NCBI GenBank assembly: GCA_951406725.2
Contig: OX597824.1
Location: 16,182,001 to 16,246,000, forward strand
From: Octopus vulgaris
Taxonomy: Eukaryota
DNA length: 64,000 nucleotides
Direction: 5' to 3'
Positions within the stretch are counted from its first letter, which is position 1; each line of letters begins with the position of its first letter. Below are positions 54,376 through 64,000 of this stretch, one piece after another. Below the pieces are notes generated by a model. The model did no database searches and had not been told where the DNA came from. It saw only the letters and a program-made list of their open reading frames with translations. A program made the translations under genes and the position numbers.

Positions 54376-54619
54376 ATGTTACCGATGTCGACTTCACCTT
54401 CCATTCCTTCGGGTCGTTAAAATAAGTTCCAGTTAAGTTCTTGGAACTTAATGGCAAATGCTGCCATCAAGCTGAATGCAACACCTAATATCATAAGGAA
54501 GACAAACCTCTGCCAAGGCAACACCAATGTCCTGTCAACGATTAGCCAGAGATGGTATTTAAAAGGAGAATATCTGAAATAAACACGACTGCTCTTACAA
54601 ATGAGAAAACTAAAAATGA

Positions 54620-54812
54620 ACCCTACCGCTTAAGCCAAAAAAAAAAAAAAAAAGAGAGAGAGAAAATCATCCAGAATCCTTGTCCGGTACCGGATCGATC
54701 TCAAAATCTAATCAGTTCGTGCCAGTCACGAGGCCAAACATCTCTGAAAGATTCATCTGAATCCACCCTGGTTCTTGGGATAACAAAGGCGACAGGAGAC
54801 AATACCTCCACT
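54620..54812 (-). mobile_element. Helentron/HINE-like fragment
   Basis: Minus strand ggaggtattgt...attagattttgagatcgatccgg resembles 12180-12280. Confidence 0.55.
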
Positions 54813-54851
54813 TTTGCCACTCCTGCGCCTATATATATATATATATATATT

Positions 54852-55246
54852 TACTCTTTTACTTGTTTCAGTCATTTGACTGCGGCCATGCTTGAGCATC
54901 GCTTTTCGTCGAGTAAATCGACCCCAGAGCTTATTCTTGTAAGCCTATTATTCTGTCGTTCTCTTTTACCGAACCGCTAAGTTATGGGGACGTAAACACA
55001 CCAGCATCGGTTGAAAAGTGATGTAGGTGGACAAAGAGATACACAATCATACACACACACACATGTACATATATATACATATACGTCGGGCTTCTTCCAG
55101 TTTCCGTCTACCAAATACACTCACAAGGCTTTCGTCGGCCCGAAGCTATAGTAGAAGACACTTGCCCAAGGTGCCACACAGTACGTCTGAACGCGGGACC
55201 ATGTGGTTTGTAAGTAAGCTACTTACCACACAGCCACTCCCGCGCC
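54852..55246 (-). mobile_element. SINE family S2
   Basis: Full reverse-complement copy. Confidence 0.9.
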
Positions 55247-55264
55247 TTTATATTTTGGTAAAAA

Positions 55265-55475
55265 GGCGGCGAGCTGGCAGAAACGTTAGCACGCCGGGCG
55301 AAATGCGTAGCCGTATTTCGTCTGTCGTTACGTTCTGAGTTCAAATTCCGCCGAGGTCGACTTTGCCTTTCATCCTTCCGGGGGTCGATAAATTAAGTAC
55401 CATTTACGCACTGGGGTTGATGTAATCGACTAAATCCCTTTGTCTGTGTTTAGCCCCTTGTGGGTAGTAAAGAAA
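55265..55475 (+). mobile_element. SINE family S1 monomer
   Basis: Head-to-tail copy with a small 3' deletion. Confidence 0.92.
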
Positions 55476-56149
55476 TATATATTTGGGTAAAAATAACTCT
55501 TAAACTAATTATCCGTATGATTAAGACTTACGTTAATGGTTTGTTGCCCGTGTCGTTGTCGTTACAGCTGCAGCAGCTCCTACTTATGATGATGATGATG
55601 ATGATGATGAAGATGAGAATGAGCAGAATGAGTAATAAGTAAGAGGATGACAAGGACGGCTTTCATGATGACATTAGAATTTAAAATTTTATTTGTAATT
55701 AATATTGTTGCTGTTACAATAGTTGTAGCTGTACCTTCTGCAACAAGTGGGTCCTGGTTGCTAACATTACTGCTGAATAGATCAGGTTTTGTGAGAAGTC
55801 TGTTTACTCCTGTTTGTGTCAATGATGGTATTTTTGTTCGTGATACAGCTCTCTTTGCCTATAATTTGCTCTCTTTCTGCAGACGATGCGTCGAGAGTTT
55901 CACTTATGACTCAATTTCATATTTATTTCTTACATGTTTATTTAAAAACCACACAAAAAGAACCTAATAATTGTTACTATTGTTTGTGTTGTAATACATT
56001 GTACAATGCTTGTCTTCTTTTCACAAGCAAATTCACGGAGGTATATGCATATACGTATGCATGTATGTATGCGTGTATGTATGTACGTATGCATGTATAT
56101 TCGTTCATACACACACGTATGTGTGTGTGTTGGACCGCTGAAATCTATA

Positions 56150-56316
56150 AGCCCTTTTCATTAACTTTCTGTTTATTTTCTCTCATTCTATTCTGTTGAA
56201 GCGCATAAGCACGAAACGTTAAAGACTCTTTCATTTTTCCCGAGCGTCAAACTAATACATCTGCTTGCTGTTCATACACCTGTCTTCGTCTTTTGCTTTA
56301 TAAAAATTTCAACTAT
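56150..56316 (+). mobile_element. Hammerhead-bearing element family B, diverged
   Basis: CTGTTGA-A-GCGC-ATAA-GCAC-GAAA-CG-TT-AAAG; downstream match to 25180-25275. Confidence 0.65.
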
Positions 56317-56468
56317 ATATATAGATAGATAGATAGACAGGTAGGTATAGATACAGATATAGTTATATATAGTAGATAGATAGAAACATAGCTAAATAGA
56401 TGGAAAAGGATGAGTGGATTTCAATCATATAATAATATGAATAATATATATATGAATATATGCACACA

Positions 56469-56564
<96 letters not shown>

Positions 56565-56697
56565 TGAGTGTATTTTACCTTGTTAACAATTAACACGGAT
56601 AAATGAATGAATAGTTACCAGGGCAGCAAAAATCTCACAAGTAAATATCAATAACAAGGTTATTGTATCTGAAGTCAATCCCAATAGAATTAAATTT

Positions 56698-57087
56698 ATG
56701 TCAAGTAACTCTAAGATTAAAAATTCTATATACCAGTGTATAATCAGTACTCGTAATAAAGTACGATTTTACATTGGAAGCACATCGTTAGAGTTATCTA
56801 AGAGAATTTCTATCCATTACTCAACATTTAGGGATAGAAATAAACGGAATAGTACCGGTCTCAGCAAACTGATTTGGGATTTAAAAGACCACAATGAACA
56901 ATTTCATTTAGAATGGTTGATCCTCTCAATTTCGATACCATATGACAAAGGCAAGAAATTCTGTCTTCTCTGCAATTCTGAGCTATTTTTCATTATTTTT
57001 TCTAAAAATACTCTAGTAAACACGGTTACAGAACGAGCATACAGATGTAAGCATTGGCAGAAACATACTTTTAGTGCATATAAGTAG
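56698..57087 (+). CDS. GIY-YIG endonuclease of Penelope-like element type (resembles Naiad-type C-terminal domain)
   Basis: SIYQC...FYIGSTS...KRISIH...STGLSKLIWDLK...LEW...CLLCNSE...LVN...RCKH; uninterrupted 129 aa. Confidence 0.85.
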   Translation: MSSNSKIKNSIYQCIISTRNKVRFYIGSTSLELSKRISIHYSTFRDRNKRNSTGLSKLIWDLKDHNEQFHLEWLILSISIPYDKGKKFCLLCNSELFFIIFSKNTLVNTVTERAYRCKHWQKHTFSAYK

Positions 57088-57287
57088 TCTCTATCATTAT
57101 ATATAGTTTAGACTTTAATTTCCTTTATATTTAACATTCACTATTAATATCCCTACTCTTTCTGTTAGTTACTTATGACGTTTTATCATATAACGTTTTT
57201 TTAAACGATATTAATAGCGTTCTGTCTATCGCTATACGAATCCATCATTTTTTGCTAAAATGTCGTATTGACAAGTTTCGTTTTTTC

Positions 57288-57374
57288 ACTTTCCCGAAGA
57301 GAAGATTGCATTGTTTATACCTTTTATTCTTTTGAATAAGTATCAGTGGAATTTTTGAAACATATGTAGAAAGT
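57288..57374 (+). ncRNA. Type I hammerhead ribozyme (U4C core variant)
   Basis: ACTTTC-CCGAAGA-GAAGATTGCA...TGGAATTTTT-GAAA-CATATG-TA-GAAAGT; same architecture as 33660-33745. Confidence 0.78.
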
Positions 57375-57501
57375 AAAAATACTTGTTTAAACCTGTGTTA
57401 ACTCCATTTTTTATTCATATATATATATATATATATGCATATATGCCTATATATATGCACATATATGTACATACTTACATCTATACGTACATATATAAAT
57501 A

Positions 57502-57562
<61 letters not shown>

Positions 57563-57564
<2 letters not shown>

Positions 57565-57680
57565 GCCTGCTCGCTTAGCCAGCGGGGTGGCGTCATTTGA
57601 AGGCTAAAACAATGCGAACGCATTGTGACCAGCGATGTGTAGCAACATCTGATAGCCTGGACGGTCACGTGATCACGTGA
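57563..57680 (+). mobile_element. 3' tail of SINE family S3 in (TA)n
   Basis: ggcctgctcgcttagccagcggggtggcgtc...ggtcacgtgatcacgtga. Confidence 0.88.
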
Positions 57681-57850
57681 TATATATATATATATATATA
57701 TAATTTCAACAATTTCAGTGTGCCAACGTTGAGGGTGCCAACCCTGAGGGTGTGGGAGGTATTGGCCCTAGTAGCTTCATAAACCTGAAAAATATTTCTG
57801 CTATTTCTAATGAGTTCAGTATGTGGCAAAGTAATTTATTTTACTAAGCC

Positions 57851-57919
<69 letters not shown>

Positions 57920-58160
57920 TATGTGGGCACAAGACATCACAAAACGTAAATAACAAAAAATACGAAATACAAGGACATGGAATATGAACTTTTTTTGCGA
58001 GCAAGGAAACAAACAAATGGAAAACAAGACAAGCAACATAAAGAACGACCCTTCATCAGTTGTCGGCTGTTTTTCTAATCCGTATTTCGAGCATTTTCAT
58101 GACAAGATACTCCTTCGATAAACCAGTTGCTCCCGCAAAGCAAATTAAATAAAATTTGGG
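57920..58160 (-). mobile_element. Family C-related element in (TA)n
   Basis: Minus strand gctcGAAAtacggattagaaaaacagccgacaaCTGATGAagggtcg. Confidence 0.6.
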
Positions 58161-58604
58161 AATATATACATATTTATATATGTATGCGTCTGTTATATGT
58201 ATATGTATATTCCACCGTTAAATTCTATATGCATAGATAGATTCCACCTTTGTAGGTGGAATTATCTGAAATGTAAGATTTTTTTTTAATCCTGATGACC
58301 GAAGACCGATTTAGCTAATGTTTATTTGCTTCCATTACAGCCTGCATATTTTGGTGATTACATCAATCAACATTTTGATGGATCTCCGAACCCCCGAAAG
58401 CAGCTGTCCGACACATAACACCTTACCCGTTCCTCTTTAACTTTCCCTGTCGTTTGTATTCTGTTCAAGTTTAATCTATCAAAATAAACATCTATATATT
58501 TATACGTTAATATATTCATCATCTGTCCTTGGAGATTATGTGAACCTTGATATTATACCGGTTTCTCAGGCGGAGGTGTTCCTAAGTGTCATATTGTAAT
58601 TCAT

Positions 58605-58770
58605 CGTCAGAAACATTAGCACACTGGGCGAAATGTTTAGCAGTATTTCGTCTGACATTACGCTTTGAGCTCAAATTCCGCCGAGGTCGACTGTACTTTA
58701 TATCCTTTCGGGTTCGATAGATTAAGTACCAGTTGCGTACTGTGGTCAATCTATGTAATTTCCCATCTTT
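58605..58770 (+). mobile_element. SINE family S1, diverged
   Basis: cagaaacattagcacactgggcgaaatg...caaattccgccgaggtcgac. Confidence 0.82.
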
Positions 58771-58891
58771 ATTTCAATTATATATGAACGCACACATGCA
58801 CATGCGCATTGAGATACAAATACGTATGTATGTGCGTGTGTGTTGCGTCTGTCTGTTTCACTTTTTCTCTCTCTGTCTCTATATATATATG

Positions 58892-58968
<77 letters not shown>

Positions 58969-59002
58969 GTATATATGTATATATATATATACATTCAAAA
59001 TG

Positions 59003-59209
59003 TGACCGCGTGTGTACCGTTGGCGATTTTTCTTCCTCCGTCTTCCCTTCTCTGGATCTTTCCTTTTCCTATGTTTCTGACGAAGAGCTCCGCTCGAAAT
59101 ATTAAACCCTCCTTCGTTCCTTCCTTCCTGAGCGTCCAATAATACTATATTTGTTCCACGTCCTCGCGTTGTTGTGTTTTCTCTTTGTGTTTCCATGTTT
59201 GGATTAACT

Positions 59210-59215
<6 letters not shown>
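59003..59215 (+). mobile_element. Hammerhead-bearing element family A
   Basis: GTTT-CTGACGA-A-GAGC-TCC-GCTC-GAAA-TA-TT-AAAC at 59073-59107. Confidence 0.8.
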
Positions 59216-59267
<52 letters not shown>

Positions 59268-59418
59268 GTGTGTAGTTAATCCAAACATGGAAACAAAGAG
59301 AAAACACAACAACGCAGACGGAAAATATATATATATATATATATATAATATATATATATATACACATAAATGTGAAACAAGGTGGAAAAAAGAGTACTCA
59401 AATACCAGTGGTAGAGTA

Positions 59419-59580
59419 ATATGCTTTATTTAAAGCAGCAGAACATTCAACAAAATCTGTTACTCTGAGTTTCTCGTTGCCGTTCGTCAGACAGTTTTTG
59501 CTAGCAAAAACTGTCTGATGAACGGCAACGAGAAACTCAGAGTAACAGATTTTGTTGAATATTCTGCTGCTTTAAATAAA

Positions 59581-59586
<6 letters not shown>
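59419..59586. repeat. 168-bp spacer-less palindrome with a hammerhead motif on each strand
   Basis: 84-bp arms centred on GCT|AGC (59502/59503); three mismatches counted by eye. Confidence 0.95.
59511..59548 (+). ncRNA. Minimal hammerhead ribozyme
   Basis: CTGT-CTGATGA-ACG-GCAA-CGA-GAAA-CTCAGAG-TA-ACAG; mirror copy on the minus strand at 59457-59494. Confidence 0.72.
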
Positions 59587-59650
<64 letters not shown>

Positions 59651-59875
59651 ATAGATAGATACAAATCCGGAAAACGTGCTGATAAATAGATAGGTAGATA
59701 GATAGATAGATAGATAGATAGGTAGATAGATAGAGAGATAGATAGATAGGCAGACAGCAAGATATGACATTTCGACACCGACCGTCAGAGTCACAGATAT
59801 AATTACTAGTAGCGGCATCTGAGACAATGGCTACGAGAAATTTCTCTGACTGCTGTTCCACTTATCTTGTCAAAA

Positions 59876-59927
<52 letters not shown>

Positions 59928-60235
59928 TCATAAAGACACACACAAAAAAAAAATGGAAAATATCAAAATTTCAAAGAAGGCAAATTATGAAAAGCAAATA
60001 AAAAGGGGTCAAGACAATGAGGGGTCAGTAAAACGATTTGTCAGCAAAATATCACATAGAGCTAATGATGTCACAAATTACACGTCTGACGATGTATTCA
60101 GCGGTGACTCTCTACCGACGTCTTGTTGTGTGGTGTGGTGTGGTGACGAGGAGAGCGAGGCTAGGTGCAGTGCATTTGTGTGTGTGTGTCTATGTGTCTG
60201 TAGTGTCTGTAGTGTATATGTGTATGTGTTGTGTA

Positions 60236-60271
<36 letters not shown>

Positions 60272-60410
60272 GTGCGAGTATAAAGTGTTCTCTGTACTGA
60301 GTGCACTAGTGCAACTTAATTGCATATATTCACACAGGTATGTAGGCGTATACCTACATAATATGTACGTATACATCCATCTGTCTGTCTGTGTGTCTCT
60401 CTTTCTGTCA

Positions 60411-60465
<55 letters not shown>

Positions 60466-60509
60466 AATCTATCTATCTATCTATCAATCTATTTATCATA
60501 TTTATCTAT

Positions 60510-61452
60510 CATATAACAATATTGACCAAGGTTACCGTGGTCTTTTTCGTAGGCTTTTCTTCCCACGGATAAACCTTACTTGCTTTCCCCTTTACACCAT
60601 ACATCATGACACTGTGATACGCGATCCCTATTGATCGTTTTTTTCCTCTCCCCCTTTTTTCCTCTTTTTTCTTCTCTTTTCATTTTACTTTTTTTTTCCC
60701 TTTTTTCTTTTTTTCTTTTCCTTTTTTTTCTTTTTTTCTTTTCCTCTTTTATTCTTTTTTCTATGTTCTTTTTTCCCTTTTATGATCCCTTTTGATCGAA
60801 AACCTACGCCACCTTTTTTTTTTCCTCCCCCAAAAGAAAAGCTCTACCTTGTAACTTGTCCCATCTGTGTGCAGCCCTGTGTGGCCAATAAAGAAACTTA
60901 TCTATCTATCTATCCATCTATTTATCGAAGCCACCTTGAGCATGATCCTATGAACCCAGAAATTGAAAACAGAGAGTTGCTTATTTGCAAAAAACCCCCC
61001 CCTTTTTTTGTCCTCTTTCTCTCCTTTTACGATCCCTTTTGATCGAAACTCCCCCCTTCTTTTTTTTTTTTTTTTTTTTTTCTTTAACCCTTCAAAAGAA
61101 AAGCTCTACCTTGTAATTTGTTCTATCTGTGTGCAGCCCTGTGTGGCTAATAAAGAAACATATCTATGAATTTAAGAGAGAACACTTTGCTCTCATGTGT
61201 TTGTTTCCTCCCTACCTGAGGTTACCGTGGTTTTTCCGTAGGCTTTTCTTTCCACGGATAAACCTAATCTTACTTTTTACATTTTAAAAATTCTTCTGTG
61301 ATACACGATTCTTTTTAATTGTTTTTTCCTGATCTCTTTTGATCGGAATTTTCCTTTTTTTCTTATTTTCCTCCTTTTTTTTCATTTTCGAAAAGAAAAG
61401 CTCTACATTTGTATTTCACCCTTTGTGTTTAGCCCTGTGTGGCTAATAAAGA
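60510..61452 (+). mobile_element. Three tandem 3'-UTR fragments of the Tx1-type LINE, each ending in (TATC)n
   Basis: aaaagaaaagctctac...agccctgtgtggc.aataaaga ends near 60897, 61159 and 61452. Confidence 0.9.
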
Positions 61453-61768
<316 letters not shown>

Positions 61769-61769
61769 T

Positions 61770-62075
61770 GGTGTGGAACAGATGATAGTCAGATGCGGGT
61801 AAATCAGTAAAAGTGGGACGGAGATCAACCATTTCAAAGTCACAGTCTTGCTCAGAAGCCATTGAAACCAAGGACTTGTAGATAGAAACGCTGTCCTGAT
61901 GAAAGAAGACGCATTTCATCAGATTTCTTCGGCGTTTGGTCTTGGTAGCCTTTCGTATTTGCCTCAACAAGTTGACATAATAATCTCCAATGTTGGTGTG
62001 GCCCGTTTGAAGATAGTCAATAAACAATGCCTTTTGTATCGAAAAAGTCTGGAGCCATAAGCTTCCACACATATA
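61770..62075 (-). pseudogene. Mariner (DD34D) transposase fragment
   Basis: LFIDYLQTGHTNIGDYYVNLLRQIRKA...FFHQDS...PTFTDLPASDYHLF (degenerate YSPDLAPSDYHLF). Confidence 0.88.
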
Positions 62076-62315
62076 AACCAATACCAATCGCTCCCACCCA
62101 TTATTTTTCCTTTTCCAATTTCTTATGGTTGCTTTCCCCCCCTTTTCACTGTCTGAAGTATGAAAATGTCCGAAACGTTGTTGTCCTTAATACTTCCCCT
62201 TCCCTTCAGCTTCAAAATAATAGCATAACTTATTTCGTCCTTTCATTTTTTTATTCCTCATGTATGCACATACATCCTTATATACACATACAGATTTATA
62301 CATACATACATACAT

Positions 62316-62511
62316 GGCGCCAGGTTCAGTCCCATTGCATGGCACCTTGGTCAGATATCTTCTATTATAGCCTTAGGCAAACCAAAGCCTTGTGAGTGGA
62401 TTTAGTAGACGGAAACTGAAAGAATCCAGTGGTATATATATATACCTGAGCGTCAATAATACTTTAATTGTTCCACGTCCTGCGTTGCTGTGTTTTTTTC
62501 TTTATATGTTT

Positions 62512-62553
<42 letters not shown>

Positions 62554-62752
62554 TATGAGTGTGCATGTGTTTGTCTCCCCATTATCGCTTGACAACCGAT
62601 GTTGGTGTGTTTACGTCCCCGCAACTTAACGGTTCAGCAAAAGAAATTGATAGAATAAGTACTAGGCTTAAAAAGATCTATTCGACACAAGGTGGTGATC
62701 CAACATGGCCGCAGTCAAACGACCGAACAAAATAAAAAAGTAAAAGAGTAAT
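62316..62752 (+). mobile_element. SINE family S2 carrying a family-A tail fragment (62445-62515) in its linker
   Basis: S2 head and tail motifs; cctgagcgtcaataatactttaattgttccacgtcc matches 13483 and 59128. Confidence 0.8.
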
Positions 62753-62783
62753 ATGTATGTGTGTATATACACACACACATACA

Positions 62784-62843
<60 letters not shown>

Positions 62844-62844
<1 letters not shown>

Positions 62845-62995
62845 TGGCGTTAGGAAGGGCATCCAGCCGTAGAAACATTGCCAGATCAGACTGGGCCTGG
62901 TGCAGCCTTCTGGCTTCCCAGACCCCAGTTGAACCGTCCAACCCATGCTAGCATGGAAAGCGGACGCTAAACGATGATGATGATGATGATGATGA
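62844..62995 (+). mobile_element. RTE-related bipartite SINE tail
   Basis: tggcgttaggaagggcatccagccgtagaaa...ccgtccaacccatgctagcatggaaagcggacgctaaacg(atg)n. Confidence 0.7.
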
Positions 62996-63045
62996 TATAT
63001 ATACATATGTATATTTGTATTGTGTGTTTTTGTTTATTGCGTGTA

Positions 63046-63263
63046 TACTCTTACTCTTTTACTCTTTTACTTGTTTCATTCATTTGACTGCGGCCATGCT
63101 GGAGCACCGCCTTTAGTCGAACAAATCGACCCCGGGACTTATTCTTTGTAAGCCCAGTACTTATTCTATCGGTCTCTTTTTGCCGAACCGCTAAGTGACG
63201 GGGACGTAAACACACCAGGATCGGTTGTCAAGCAATGCTAGGAGGACAAACACAGACACACAA

Positions 63264-63338
<75 letters not shown>

Positions 63339-63500
63339 ACAGGCTTCTTTCAGTTTCCGTCTACCAAATCCACTCACAAGGCATTGGTCGGCCCGGGGCT
63401 ATAGCAGAAGACACTTGCCCAAGATGCCACGCAGTGGGACTGAACCCGGAACCATGAGGTTGGTTAGCAAGCTACTTACCACACAGCCACTCCTGCGCCT
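63046..63500 (-). mobile_element. SINE family S2, full length
   Basis: Close match to 44915-45358. Confidence 0.93.
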
Positions 63501-63874
63501 ATGTGTGTGTGTATGTGTGCGTGTGTGTGTTTGTGCGTTGTGTACAGGTTTAGAGTGTGCACATAATTACTGCAATTTCCCGTCACATTCCTTTGCTTTC
63601 TGCTGTCCTTTGTTATTCTCTGATTTGCGTCAAACAATAGAAAGAGTTAATGTAGAAGATACTTAGTCACCTTTCCAGCAAACCCGACTACCAACATCGT
63701 CACTGTTTTATGAATGAACGACAACGCCAATAACATCTAAAACTGCTGCCTAAGTTCACTATTAAATGCACAACCCCCTCTAAAGCGCGTGATATTTATG
63801 TTAAAAATTGCTGTGAAATTTCCCTGTGAAATCAACTTCCTCACACGCCTTAATGTAGCCGAACGTCTTGTGTC

Positions 63875-64000
63875 AAAATGGCAGACAGGCGACAGGTTCC
63901 TTTGTCTGGTAGACAGGTTCCTCTACCAGAAGAAAATGGCAGCCAGGCGACAGGATCCTTTGCCTGGTAGACAGGTTACTCTACTTTTATTTGGTAGACA
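63875..64000. repeat. 58-bp tandem repeat running to the window edge
   Basis: aaaatggcag.caggcgacagg.tcctttg.ctggtagacaggtt.ctctac at 63875 and 63933. Confidence 0.85.

Larger units (their letters stand above)
56563..57416 (+). mobile_element. 854-bp Penelope-like module (GIY-YIG ORF plus 3' hammerhead) in (TA)n
   Basis: Sharp (TA)n boundaries; endonuclease ORF and hammerhead on the same strand; no RT. Confidence 0.82.

Noticed and set aside
56608-57230. In-frame TGA as selenocysteine with a SECIS in the 3' UTR (known for some Naiad elements)
   Set aside because: A TAA lies 8 codons upstream with no intervening ATG, and the ATGA...AA...GA candidate near 57176 does not fit SECIS spacing.
58290-58320. 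CTGATGA motif
   Set aside because: No stem II closed by GAAA.

Overview
Gene-free, extremely repeat-rich eukaryotic DNA. The (TA)n/(CA)n/(GATA)n/(TAA)n load and the SINE families suggest a cephalopod (octopus-like) genome; that is inference. No host exon can be supported, and almost all listed ORFs are microsatellite artefacts. The recognisable protein-coding remnants are all transposon-derived: a CR1-type reverse transcriptase ORF (6157-7911, -), three R4/Dong-type RLE endonuclease fragments (18.8-20.4 kb), a Tx1/L1-type zf-RVT C-terminus (46.5-47.2 kb), Tc1 and mariner transposase remnants, and a stand-alone Penelope-type GIY-YIG endonuclease ORF (56698-57087). Main findings: (1) many short, mutually dissimilar elements in (TA)n tracts carry minimal hammerhead-ribozyme motifs with palindromic stem III, including an RT-less GIY-YIG plus hammerhead module and a 168-bp palindrome with a hammerhead on each strand; (2) a 520-bp miniature LTR element whose primer-binding site is extended into a ~49-nt copy of the 3' half of tRNA-Ser(GCU), ending at the anticodon loop; (3) head-less 184-bp SINE multimers joined by the same hairpin junction at separate loci; (4) two SINE-LINE 3'-tail partnerships, one with a (GATA)n-associated Tx1-like LINE. 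All folds and family assignments were made by eye, and element boundaries are approximate unless stated.
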